From: Octopus sinensis
Taxonomy: Eukaryota
DNA: 64,000 bases
Reading direction: 5' to 3'
NCBI RefSeq assembly: GCF_006345805.1
Contig: NC_043000.1
Coordinates: 24,304,001 to 24,368,000 of the forward strand
The notes under the pieces are model-generated. The model saw nothing but the letters and a program-made list of their open reading frames with translations. It was not told the DNA's origin and did no database searches. The position numbers were made by a program, and so were the translations under genes. Position 1 is the first letter of the stretch. Each line of letters opens with the position of its first letter. This document shows, one piece after another, positions 1 to 12,580 of this stretch.

Positions 1-362
1 AAGGACAGACAAACGGATTAAGTCAATTAGATTGACCCCAGTGCATAACTGGTAGTTAATTTATCGACCCCTAAAGGATGAAAGGCAAAGTGGACCTCGG
101 CGGAATTTGAACTCAGAACGTAGCGGCAGACGAAATACCTATTTCTTTACTACCCACAAGGGGCTAAACATAGGGGACAAACAAGGACAGACAAATGGAT
201 TAAGTCAATTAGATTGACCCCAGTGCCTAACTGGTACTTAATTTATCGACCCCTAAAGGATGAAAGGCAAAGTCGACCTCGGCGGAATTTGAACTCAGAA
301 CGTAACGGCAGATGAAATACCACTAAGCACTTCGCCCAGCGTGCTAACGATTCTGCCAGTTT
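1..362 (-). mobile_element. SINE family A, tandem copies (182-bp period)
   Basis: Two near-identical units of the repeat ...atcgacccc(t/g)aaaggatgaaaggcaaagtcgacctcggcggaatttgaactcagaacg... that recurs throughout the window; the tRNA-like head lies at the right end. Confidence 0.85.
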
Positions 363-884
363 AATACCAAAGTGCATGATATGTATAGTCTGTTAAGTAC
401 ATAACTTTCAGACCATAGGTGAGGATTCTGATCTTAAGGCCACATGTGGCTTCCTGAAAGTACTACATCATCATAATTTAACATCATTTTCCATGATGGT
501 AGGGGTTGGATAGTTTGACAGTAGCTGGCAAACCAGAGGACTGCATCAATCTCCACTGTCTGTTGTTTTGGTGTGGATCTTTATGGCTGGATGCCCTTCT
601 TAAGACCAACCACTTTACAGATTGTACTGGTTTCTCTTTACATGGTACCAGCACCAATTCTTTTTACGTGAACCAAGCACAGGCACTGTTTACATGGCAC
701 CAGTACCAACAGGGTCACCAAATAACTTGCAAGATGAAGATCCCCTCATCTGGAAAGAGGCAGGAGTAGAGAGAGTGGGAGGCTTTGTACCAGTTGATGA
801 GAGATTACATCATGACAAGGAGAGATGTCTTGTAGAACATTTGAGAAAAAACCATTACACCAGAATATGTTTTCGTTGACTTAA

Positions 885-1048
885 CCCTTTCGTTACCAAC
901 CAGGCTGAAACCACCAAACCTTAGTCACAATTTATGTTCCTAACACTAGCTTAATGATAACAAAGTTATTTTACTAAATTCTTTGTTGTATTTAAAATTA
1001 ATTGAAAGAAATACAGAACATCTCAACAGAAATATGGTAACAAAAGGG
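885..1048. mobile_element. piggyBac-like MITE
   Basis: TTAA|CCCTTTCGTTACC ... GGTAACAAAAGGG|TTAA; a related copy lies at 18220-18396. Confidence 0.75.
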
Positions 1049-1142
1049 TTAATTTTACTTAAATCCTATCTTTTCAATGAATTGCATATTTTAAAGACAA
1101 TTATCAATATTTCTTCATCTACATTTGAAGCGATATATTTAA

Positions 1143-1354
1143 TCCTTCTAATATCAACCTATCTTAGACCATCCCTGGTTCTACAATAGAAACTTCCTAT
1201 TTTAAAGCAATCGAAAATAATATTTTCCATCAAGATTTCATGTTAATTTATGTTCCAAAAACCAGATTAATATTGATAAAGTTATTCTACTAAATTCTGC
1301 CTTAGTTTCAAAGCTAAGTAATTAAAACCAACAGGAAAGTAAATAACAAAAGGA
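1143..1354. mobile_element. Diverged TTAA-flanked MITE related to 885-1048
   Basis: TTAA|TCCTT ... AAGGA|TTAA; internal atttatgttcc...aaagttatt(c/t)tactaaattct is shared with 885-1048. Confidence 0.5.
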
Positions 1355-1541
1355 TTAAAGAGTTTAGAACCAAAACTTTGAAGTCACTGTCAACCTTTTT
1401 CTTGTAAACATTAATAAATATGTACTCTTTTCAAAAGTACCGAGCAATCTTTCAGTTTAATGAACTGTCATAAAACTAGACAGGCAATTGTGTGCGTGTG
1501 TGTGTATAGCATGGAAAACAGACTCATGATGGTGATGATGA

Positions 1542-1576
<35 letters not shown>

Positions 1577-1773
1577 TTAGAGATAGTAGGCCCCTACATC
1601 TCACTATATAAAAAAGAATTTTTATTTTAAATTTAAATACCTACTATTTTATTACTTGGCAACACATGTTTCATGAGGTACATCCTCAGGTTCCTAAACC
1701 ACTATATATATATATGTACATATATATATATAGTATATATATATATGCTTTATACACTATATATATACATATA

Positions 1774-1816
<43 letters not shown>

Positions 1817-1859
1817 GTGTGTGTGTGTGTGTATATGTATATATTCAATTGTAGTTGTG

Positions 1860-2481
1860 ATCCCCATGCCGGTGGAACATAAAATGTACCATCTGAACGA
1901 GACCAATGCCAGTGTCACCTTGACTGTCTTCCGCGCTGGTGGCACATAAAAAGCACCAACTGATCGTTGTCATTGCCAGCCTCCTCTGGCCCCTGTGCTG
2001 GTGGCATGTAAAAAGCACCCACTACACTCTCGGAGCGGTTGGCGTTAGGAAGGGCATCAAGCTGTAGAAACACTGCCAGATCAGACTGTAACCTGGTGCA
2101 GCCTCCTGGCTTCCCAGACCCCAGTCAAACCCATGCCAGCATGGAAAACAGATGTTAAACGATGATGATGATGATGATGATATGAGTTCCTTTCAAGTGT
2201 TGGGTCTCATGAAGTGAGGCCAAATCAGAGTCGTGACAGATACCGGCGTCACACAAATTAGCATCTGTGCCGGTGGCATGTAAACACACCTCAGTGTCAT
2301 GCAAATGGCACCCGTGCCGGTGGCACGTAAAAGCAGCCATTACACTCTGTGAGTGGTTGGCGTTAGGAAGGGTATCCAGCTGTAGAAAACCATGTCAAAT
2401 CAGACAGGAATCTGGTGTAGCCTACCAGCATGCCAGCCCAGTCGAACCGTCCAACCCATGCCAGCATGGACAACGGATGCT

Positions 2482-2518
<37 letters not shown>
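1860..2518 (+). mobile_element. Retroposon family C, two copies with (GAT)n tails
   Basis: ggttggcgttaggaagggcatccagctgtagaaa...ccaacccatgccagcatggaaaacggacgttaaacgatgatgat recurs many times in the window. Confidence 0.8.
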
Positions 2519-2669
2519 ACATACATGCATACAGTCAAGGAGCAAGAGGTGCTCAATATATAAAACATGTAGTAGGGCCCAAAGGATTTGAACTTAAACT
2601 CTGAAATCTTTATCAAGGACTACGTCTACAGAGTAAAGAGTGACTATAAGAGAAATCCAGGTGAACTGC

Positions 2670-2700
<31 letters not shown>

Positions 2701-3056
2701 AGGGAGACATGCATGTACTCAACCTGACAAAATGACAATCAGTTACATTCAAACACACACACAAGCTGCTGGATACCGTTAGGCAGATACAAACATTGAT
2801 CTGTTTACAGACACATATTTCATATAAAGATAACACACACATAGACACAAACACAGACACACACGTGCACACACACACATGCACACACATGCATGCACAC
2901 ACATGCACACACATGCATGCACACACACACATGCACACACACGCATGCATACACACACACACACACATTTGCCAACAGGAATAAACTCATATGCATGTAA
3001 TAAAGGATCATAAACATAAACTGAAATGTATATATGCAAGAGAGAGAGAGGAAGAA

Positions 3057-3101
<45 letters not shown>

Positions 3102-3664
3102 AAGAGAGCGAGAGAAAGAGAGATGCACATAGACATCCACAGGTAAATACATGCAGAGACAAAATGCATGTCTAAATACAGTAAAGTGCAAATATATATA
3201 TTGTAAGATTATGCACACAGACACATGCAGATGCATGTGCAAACAGACACACACACACACACGTGCACTCTTGCATATAATTGCTTGAACATCTAGACAG
3301 GTTGTGCACATCCATCGTCTGAGTCTGACGCCCAGAGACACAAACAGAGAGAAAGACAGGAAGAGAGAGAGAGAGAGACAGGAAGAGAGACAGGAAGAGA
3401 GAAAGATGGAGAAGGAGACATGAAGAGAGATAGAGAGAGACAGGAAGAAAGATACAGAGAGAGACAGAAATATGCAGTAATTTAATAGTCATTTCAGCAC
3501 GCTTACAATAAATATTTATCAGAGCATGATAGCTTTTTTACAGATAGATTCTATTGCCGACACTTTTTGATTTACAGAAAATTGGCACTACAATGTTTTA
3601 TGCTCCAATACTATTTTGAAGAACTAAGTGACTGTGCATGTGTGTGTGTGTGTGCGTGTGTGCA

Positions 3665-3715
<51 letters not shown>

Positions 3716-4602
3716 GAGAGAAAGAGAGAACACTTATACAAAATCTCTCTACTAAACTGCTATTTTCTAAGATGTTTTCCAGCTTCTTCAGTTTGCCTTG
3801 GCATCTATAGAATATCTCTCTTAGCCATACACAAATTTTTGTTGCTGTTGTTTAGCCCTGGGTCAGATCTGATCCAGCAACAGCTATGATCAAAAGCAGT
3901 CTCAGCTTAGATATGACCAAACACATACCTTTTCTTTTTTTTTTATTGTGTATCTCTAAGACAATATTTTCCAATGAGTCCACCCATTTTTTTGAAGATG
4001 GTAGAGTATGGTTTCAAGGATTTGGGCTGCTGTTTCTAACAGTTCAAGTGACTGCAAAGAGGCTTTCTTGTTGATGTGTGTGTGTGAGAGATAGAAACAG
4101 TGCAGCAGACTAATCAAAACTGTACCTTCAAGTGCCCCTTACCTCACATAACGATAACGATCGATTATATCAAGACAAAAGTTTTAATTAACCATTTATG
4201 ACACACTTTTTTTATTATATATAATACAAAATACAACAATCTTTCATTGATTACATCTTGACAGAAATGTTTCTGTGTGTGTGTGTGTGTGTGTTAGGAG
4301 TAGAAAATCAGAGCGAAAATCTGAAGCCTATAACAGCAGCAGCCAACTGCATTATCAAAAATGAAAAATTTTTAATAGAAAATTTAGCATCTATTCAGTA
4401 ACAGATGTTAGACAAACAAGTAAAGTAAGCCTTAATTTGAATTAAGTCTGTTTCCTAGCTTTCATGCCTTTGTGATTAAGCTATAATGATAATTCACATT
4501 CACTAATTTTTATCAATGATTCAATTAAAAAAATACCACCAGAAATAAATAAATAAATGTATTGAAGAAAAAAGAAGTACTTTGTTTCATTTAGTGTCTT
4601 AC

Positions 4603-5765
4603 CTGTGATCCTTCTTCAGTGCCACCAATAATTCTAAATCCAAAACCACTTTCTTGTCTCCTGAGAATAACCAGCATTTCCATGTGACGTAATCCTTCAT
4701 CGTATTCTGGAAATCTGTTTGGGCTGCGAGGGGATTGGCTGCCGGGAAGGTGATGAAATGAGTTAGATGAAGGTGGTGGATAGCGTTTAGGTATCCGTGT
4801 TAAATTGCTTGGTGTGGGTTCTTCATTTTCGAATGAAGTGCTTTGTCGGGAAGGGCGCCCTGTGCCGCTCCCAAGAGTTCCTTGTCCACCGACAAGATTT
4901 GGGGCATAGTTATTGTTAGAGGAATATGTTTTTTCATAGGGGTAAGCTGGGTTATCTAAAGAGGACTCTCGTCGTAGAGGATGGATTGTGCCATGGTCAA
5001 GACTACTATATGCCCATGCTTTATGAGCAAAAGCTTGCCTATGACCATTCATACCCCATGTTGAGCTAGGGGCATTTTGGTAACGGGATGTTAAAGGGAA
5101 ATCAGAAGCACTTGTATGATTGTGGTTGCTTGTTGGTAGAGGTGTTTTACTCCTCATATCTTGAGCAGTTGGAGTTTTTGGACGATTGGGTTCGTGGCGT
5201 GATTCGCCAGAGAGTGACCGGTTCATTAATTCTGGTCCTGGCGTCCTGCTCCGGAACTGTCCAGGCCTTATTCCTTCAGTCCGTGTACCGTAGTCATAGC
5301 GATGAGAACGATCATATTCTTGTTGAAAACTTTGCATTGTGTTTTGTCTCTGTATTCCCATTTCAGTTCGAAATCTATGATCTGTTCGCGACACAGTGTA
5401 GTCCTGACGGAAAGGGTCAGAGCGCGGTCCTGGAGGAGGACGTGTACTGTACTCATAGCTAGGGTAATATTCCCGCTCAAACGATCTCTGTTCATTGTAA
5501 CTCCAATTATCATCAGCATTTGTCATGTAATCCTTACGAATATCAAATTTTTTGGAAAAATTGTTGCTAAATGGCGGCCGTCCAATGGTAGCAGTTCGAC
5601 TGCGACTGTCTGTTTTCACAACAGCTGTTCTTGTTGGGGTCTTTGGTCGGTGATCAGAAAGATACTTTGAACGCTGATCACTTGAGGTAGGTGCTTTACG
5701 ACTGTGAAAATCAACAGTTGGGCTCTTTAACTGGCCTTCAGATTCCTCATCATCATCTTCTCGGT
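4603..5765 (-). CDS. MAGI: MAGI large exon, Ser/Pro/Arg-rich linker and start of the third PDZ (1163 nt, phase 1 to 0)
   Basis: Acceptor ctctattgtttttcag, donor CAG|GTAAGA; 387 uninterrupted codons from REDDDEES to LRRQESGFGFRIIGGTEEGSQ. Confidence 0.95.
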
Positions 5766-7859
5766 CTGAAAAACAATAGAGACAAGAACAACAGTTATAG
5801 TTATACATTCTTTGATGGAAATTTTACTTATCGGCTGCGGTAGTTTGGAGATAAAAAAAAATGAAGTGCCTTGGCCTCAAAAAAATGTGTCTGAAAGGTA
5901 TACTAACATTGTGTAAAGCTGTTCATATAACAGTCGTACTGTTGGTAAGTGCAGTTTTTTCTCACAGTCCCATATCTTTGAAGGACGTTGAAATAATATA
6001 ACATATCGGTAAACATGATAAATGGATGGGAAATTACAAACAGAAGCTGGAGAAAAGATCAGTCAAGTTACTGGTGTTGCTGATTTCTACCGTTTAACAG
6101 ATCTGTGCATGCACGTGTGTTTGCGGAGGGCGGGGTTTGTGTATGTGTGTGTGTGTGTTTTAACTGCATCGTTGAAGAAGTTAGCATTCAGCCTCTCAGA
6201 GGTGGATTTTTACTTTCATCTCGTTTTCACAATACCCTTGTATACTTTCCACAAAAATAGGAGGTGCTAAATAAACGTCATAGAGAACGAGGAAAAGTGC
6301 CAGGTGTGAAAGGAAGAGGAGAAGAAAGAGTGAAACATATATATATATATATATACAAAAAGAGAGAAAGAGAGGGAGAATATATGAGACAAATATATGT
6401 ATGAATGTGTGTGTATGTTTATACATACATATGTATAATTAACTAGCAGATCAGGCTGTTGCAACGAAGCAGGCAAACCCAAAGCTTTGAGAAAACGATA
6501 CAAAGATCTACATGGCCCATACATGATGTTACTAATCCCCTTTCGAAACTCTTATTTAGTTTCTAAACTCAGTTGTTGTTGAAGAAACTGCTTCATGCTC
6601 TTTAACTGTTACTACCAACCCGCCATTCTGAGAGCATCTATGAATCTCTAGTAACAAGATATGTCAGCAACACCTGATTTTTGGGTTCCAACAGGGTCAT
6701 GTTGCCTTTTGTCTAATTATATTTCACCTTCCCTAGAAAACGTTTAGAGTTATTATGATTGTTGTTGTTGTTGTTACTAATAAACATAAAACAAACGCTA
6801 TTGTTTACATTTGGTTCCCTATTGCTAACCTATATTTTCAAGGACTTTCCACACCTGTGTGTGTGTGTGTGTCTATATATATACACACACACATGTGCGT
6901 GTGTATCTGTGTATTTTCACAAACACATACATAAACATACGTACATGCACACTAATATATATATGCATGCAGGTTGTGTTTGGGTGGTAGTTGGGGAAGG
7001 TTTCATTCAAAAATCTGGTGAAAGCAGACTGGCTTCTAATGTGTATGTGTATATACATGTGTGTGTGTGTTAGAGAGAGAGAGAGAGGGGGGGTGGCGAG
7101 GAGCAAAGAGAAAGAAAACAAGAACACAAAGTGGCCCTAGCTATTTTAATATATTACCTTCATTCCATCTTTATAACTTAGTCTGTTTCCTCATCTACTC
7201 ATATAATTACAGTGATCAAACAACTGCAATTAAGCTACAGCCTTAATTACAAATTCTTAGGTTTCAAATATCAGTAGAAGATATTTCCGAAAAGGGAAAG
7301 TTACTCTCTAACCATAAATAAAAAAAACAAAAACAAAAAAAAAACAATATAAGATAAAGATACAAAAATAAACTAAAATCAAGAACACTGAAGTATTGTA
7401 AGAAAAGAGCAACTTGTCGGCTGTGTTTCTTTATTTCTGATATGAACAGGAGAGAATAAACTGAATAGGAAGACTGCTTGTAGGAAGGGAAATGTTAATT
7501 TAGATGAAAGTCTGCAGAGAAGAGAGCTGAGAAAGTGAATATGTAAGAAACACAGAGGTGAATATATACAAAGAGACAGAGATGGTGGGGGTTAAGGTTA
7601 TATAACCATGTGCTGTGATTGGATGAGGAGATAACTTGTTGCTGTTTTAACTTTAACTGAACTACAATTGAGTCAACCTATGATTTCGGCATTCTGGCAA
7701 AGACCAATCTGCTTTTATTTTTGCTTTTTTTTAAATATGATTTTTTTTAAACATGATTTTGTCCTAAACAAGACTTGAGGCCAATGTAGTGTAAGGGACT
7801 ACAAAAAGTGAAAGAAGGGGACTACAAATTCAAAAGATGTTGATTGACAGAAAACTTAA

Positions 7860-8360
7860 AGGACTAAATTATCATACACCAGAGGGAAATAAGATTATGG
7901 CAGTGAGTTCCAGAGAACAGCACTTTAAGGAAAGAAGTTATTAGAATAAAAGGACTTATGACTAACGGAAAGCTCAACAGAGAAACGATGTGCCTGGGAA
8001 GAGGAGAGGGTGACACATGTAAAGGTTTTGGTAGAGTACTAGAGCAGAAAGCTAATCAGAACGACGATGGAAATGCTTATAGAAAAGACACAATGAAGAT
8101 ACAATCTGTAAATGAGTTAAAGATTCCAAACTAATAGAAAAGGAGAGGAGGACCCATCAACTTGATTCTGAATGAAGCAAGTTAGGACAAATTGTCGATA
8201 GATTTATTCATAATTTTTACCAGAGGGAAACAGGAGATGATAGTGAGTTCCAGAGAACAGCACTTTGAGGAAAGAAGTTATTAGAATAAAAGGACTTATG
8301 ACTAACAGAAAGCTCAACAGAGAAATGATGTGCCTGGGAAGAGAAGAGGGTGACACGTTT
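7860..8360 (-). mobile_element. Degenerate L2/CR1-group LINE 3' fragment with internal duplication
   Basis: Minus-strand translation gives LESLTHLQIVSSLCLFYKHFHRRSD*LSALV and YSNNFFP*SAVLWNSLP, resembling the RT C-terminal tail of L2/CR1-group LINEs. Confidence 0.6.
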
Positions 8361-8532
8361 AGAAACACATTGTCAAATTTGTCTGATTTTTTAAGATGGT
8401 GGGATGTGATTTAATGGAGATTTGGTTGTTACTTTGGTAGATCAAGCACTCTAGCAGAGAACCCACTGGCTCCAGTCAGGGACAGTTGACTAAGAAAGAT
8501 GTGGAAGGAAGTGTCTTCCTAGAAATTTCTGG

Positions 8533-8625
8533 ACTTTATAACACAAGCTATAATTATTCTTTATAACTCTATAACACAAGCTATAATTATTCTTTATAAC
8601 TTTATAACACAAGCTATAATTATTC
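8533..8625. repeat. 33-bp minisatellite, about 2.8 copies
   Basis: Unit actttataacacaagctataattattctttata starts at 8533, 8566 and 8599. Confidence 0.9.
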
Positions 8626-10404
8626 ACAAAAACAGATATGTGTTTATATCACCAACATATAGTTTACTTAAAATGACTCTCTAATTCTTTGTCTTTTACA
8701 GAAACTTCTTATACCAGAATACCATTTCCTTTTAACTCAGTTAAACATTCCGGCATTTCTGATTTGATGAACAGTTTTAAAATATTCTTCAATTTTGGAT
8801 TGCAAACATGAAGATAGAAAACTCATAGAGTATTCCAAGAAAGGTAAGCAGTATCCCATGTATTGCTAAGGAGATTAGTATTCTAAGACTTTGGTCAATA
8901 GTCTAGGAACTTGATCAGTGGGTTTACAGCTTTAACCTCACACTCATAATGTAGTATGTCACAATAAAACTTGCAATGCTTAACTTGGTTTATCTATTAC
9001 TACCAGATGCTCCATCCAAAAAGCCAATGCCCTCATAAAGATTATAATTATGTTAATGTAAGCAATTCCTTGGCTTTCTCATCAGATACTATCAATCAAT
9101 ATCATGTAATTAAAAGGACATCAAGATTTTCAAAGAGTCAGTACTAAGATTCGTTGTTATGATGTTAAGCTGATGAGAAATAAATATTTCTTAAGAGGAG
9201 GATTTTAGGTTACCACAAAGCATTTATAAATGATCTGCATGTACATGTTCCAGACAAGTTGGACAACAGATATGGGAACATGATCCATGAGCAAGTGGTC
9301 CAATACTGTGTCCACCTGGCCATTCCCCTAACCCTCTACAATCTATATCTGATGCATATACAACTAAATTCAAGTTGAATCACACCTAATTGTTTATCAA
9401 ACCACATTTAATGAAATAATCTTCATTAATATGCTACAGTTAAATTGATAAATTACAACTCTGTTTCCCTTAATTACAAAGTGAATAGGGACAGGCATGG
9501 CTGATGGTAAATGGTTGCGTCTTTAAGAAGGTTGATTCTCGATCATGAGGTTTTAGGTTCAGTTCTCCTGCACGGCACTCTGGGCGAGTGTTTTCTACTA
9601 TAGCCCCAGGCTGACCAAAACCTTGTGAATGGATTTAGTAGGTGGAAATAATGTATGCATGTCATTATTCAGTTTTATTTCAAGATTTGTGACCAACAGA
9701 AAAAGAGCTGGATTCTAAACTAGATCCAAGGTTCCTTCATTGGAATTTCAATAGCATCAACAGGGTATTTTTGCATGAGTGTGTATATGTGCAAATTTGT
9801 ATGCTTTGTTTTATGTATGTGTTCTCATGCATATAGTTGCATGTCTCGACACACACATATATACTTAAATGTATGTATGTATATGTGTATGTGCGTGTAA
9901 GTCAAATGATGATGATATATATATATATATGTGTGTGTGTGTGTATGCTACATTGGAAGGTTACCCTATCAGCTAATAATCAATCTGCTGATTTATTCTG
10001 CACTAAAATCTGTGCACCCTTGTCCAATCTTCTTTGATCCGACTTTTGACCTTCTACTAACATAAAACCATACATCTTTTGGCCAATCATTCTTATTCAC
10101 AACAACTCTCTGGAATACCATCTTTGCACAAATTTTTCCTACAAATATTGATCTACAGACAGAGAAGCTGAATGCTAATCACATTGAACCTTACTTGATG
10201 GCTACAAACTGGACTCACTGAGGTCCACACACTGGTTGCACTAATACATGAGGACCAGGGACATTGTCTATTTATCTCTAATTATTAAAAACCTACAATT
10301 TAACAAAAGAGGAAATGGCAGTTGTGATATTCTTAATGTTTCACAGATTATTAGCCTTCAACTGTTTCTATCCGAAAGTGCTTTGCAACCCAATATTTTA
10401 TAAA

Positions 10405-10744
10405 CTAGCACTATGACCTGGCAACGCCGGGTCATAGAGCTAGTGCATGCATATACAGCTGTGTGCGTGCACACATACATTGAGTACTGTCCAAATCTCT
10501 GACCAATCACATACAGCTAGCTGGCATTCAATTGGCGTATCAAGTTTCAGGCATTTTGATTGACTTTTGGATAGAAAATTCACAAAAAAGTCACTTCTGA
10601 GGAAATGTAAAGATGTGCATGACCACCCTTGGACAGTTTTGAATGACCATAGAAAGTGTGAGCTCTCTAACTGAAAAATTGTGGATTAGTATAAAGGATA
10701 CACACACACACAGACAGACATTTTGCCGTTTATATATATAGAGA
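10405..10744 (-). mobile_element. Non-autonomous Helitron-like element
   Basis: Minus strand: A|TCTCTATATATATAAACGGC ... GC-rich hairpin ... CTAG|T; no TSD. Confidence 0.72.
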
Positions 10745-11337
10745 TTCTTATTTATAACTGTGTGTGTGCTACAGGATCTACACTATTCCAAAACAGAGTT
10801 ATTTCACATTCTCTCGAAAGTTAATAAAGACAAAAAAGAATAAAAAAGAAAGAAAAACAGAGCTTATGACATCAATAACCGAAGGTACCTTCAACCAGGA
10901 GAATGTAATTAATTCTCAATTAAGTAAATAACAGAAGTCTGCCCAAGGCTACAACTAAATCCTTCTTCACATTATTACATTCTTTGTTATATTAAAGTAA
11001 ATTAAACATGGCATTAATTTCTTTAGGAAAGTGTAATGATCGTTGCTTCTGATAGGACCCCATGAGGAGGTGCTTGTTAGACCCTATCCCTCTGATACGA
11101 GGAGGTGCTTGATGACTCTACCCCAATGAACTGCTCAGGAATAGTGGGTGAAAAAAATGGATGGATGGATAAATTTCTTATAACTTTCTTTTACCTGTCT
11201 TTCTAACTCAAAAGAACATTAGAATCAATGGGAAGAAATATAAAAAAAACAAAAAACAAAGAAAAGAAAACAGGAAATAAAAACAAAACAAAGCAATTCC
11301 ACAATAAAAATGTACAATAAGATATTACATTACTTAC

Positions 11338-11434
11338 CAGATACCTGTTCTTGACTACTGTTGAAGAAATAAGCCCCAGGTACATTGTTTTCTGGCGGAA
11401 TTTTTGGCCGGCTTCCTTCACTATTAGATTTTAT
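11338..11434 (-). CDS. MAGI: MAGI short exon (97 nt, phase 0 to 1)
   Basis: Acceptor tattttccaaatgtag after a long T-rich tract, donor CTG|GTAAGT; translates IKSNSEGSRPKIPPENNVPGAYFFNSSQEQVS and joins G|AC (Asp) to the 5765 exon. Confidence 0.8.
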
Positions 11435-12002
11435 CTACATTTGGAAAATAAATATTACTTTCAATGAAACAAATTCAGATAAATAAACAAATATAAAAAA
11501 AAAAACAAAAACAAAGAGAAAATAAGACCGAAATTGAATTAATCCACTGATATAAAAACTTGAACCAGATTAGTAAATTTTAAAATGCCCATGGTGTGCC
11601 ATGTGAAACCACATTCTGTAAAGTGGTTGGCATTAGGAAGGGCATCCAACTGTAGAAACCTTGCTAAATCAGACTGGAATCTGGTGCAGCTTCCTAACTT
11701 GCCAGCTCTGGTCAAACTGTCCAACCCATGCCAGCATGGACAACGGACATTAAATGATGATGATGGTGATGATGAAAAGAATGTCTAAAAGTAGATATCG
11801 TTTTCTCTCCTATATACACATACACACACATACATACATATACATACAGGATGAGCCAGAAGTCATGCACAAAATTCAATATGTTCTAGAATTGTCTATG
11901 ACATGTTTCAGTTTTTCTAAAATTGAATAAAACAATATTGAACACATACGTACTTGTACACGATGAACAAAATGAATAATAATAATAATAATAATAACTA
12001 CA

Positions 12003-12168
12003 CTCATGGAGTGGTTGGCGTTAGGAAGGGCATCCAGCTGTAGAAACACTGCCAGATCAGACTGGGCCTGGTGCAGACTTCTGGCTTCCCAGACCCCAGT
12101 TGAACCGTCCAACCCATGCCAGCATGGAAAGTGGACGTTAAACGATGATGATGATGATGATGATGATG
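12003..12168 (+). mobile_element. Retroposon family C 3' portion
   Basis: Conserved family C body ending in (GAT)n. Confidence 0.8.
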
Positions 12169-12580
12169 GAAATTTGGCTTTTCCTGCCTTAATTATCTTT
12201 TTATCTGATCAAGAATTTTAGAGATATTCTAAAATGTAACAATGAAAAATAAAAGGCACATTAATTTTTGTTAATAAAATGCAATTATGATCAATAAATA
12301 AATTCAATAGGTTTTTGGTTCTATAAAAAGAAATTGAATAGGCATTTTTTTATCATTTACAGCATCTTTGGCACAAAGGGATACAATAACACCCATATTC
12401 CAAGAAGTGTTGGAGTACAGGTATATTAGAGTACCTAAAGCATTATAATAGAGTTATGCATGGATTTACTTTGAAAGTGAAAGATAATCCCACAACATAT
12501 GATATTTTGTCAAGATTTCTTTAGAAAATTTATGTCAGTTTTATCAGAACTTATTTAAATAAAAGTCTTTGAGAACTTAC

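Noticed and set aside
1666-3889. Numerous 60-170 aa ORFs rich in YI, CV, SL or ER repeats (similar ones at 36k, 42k, 45.8k, 50k and 56.9k)
   Set aside because: They are translations of (AT)n, (GT)n, (AG)n and (GATA)n microsatellites with no protein-like content.
5088-5670. Plus-strand ORFs of 122-124 aa
   Set aside because: They are antisense shadows of the MAGI exon with no independent evidence.
5766-5808. N-terminal MYNYNCCSCLYCFS of the tracked 405-aa ORF
   Set aside because: It is the polypyrimidine tract and acceptor of the large exon, not a true start.
8533-8625. CRISPR-like array (short direct repeats; also the 17-bp doublet at 62740-62775)
   Set aside because: The repeats are contiguous or nearly so, without unique spacers, and the context is eukaryotic with no cas genes.
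8700-9360. Possible very old RTE-type LINE remnant
   Set aside because: Only vague motif echoes; no frame could be reconstructed with confidence.
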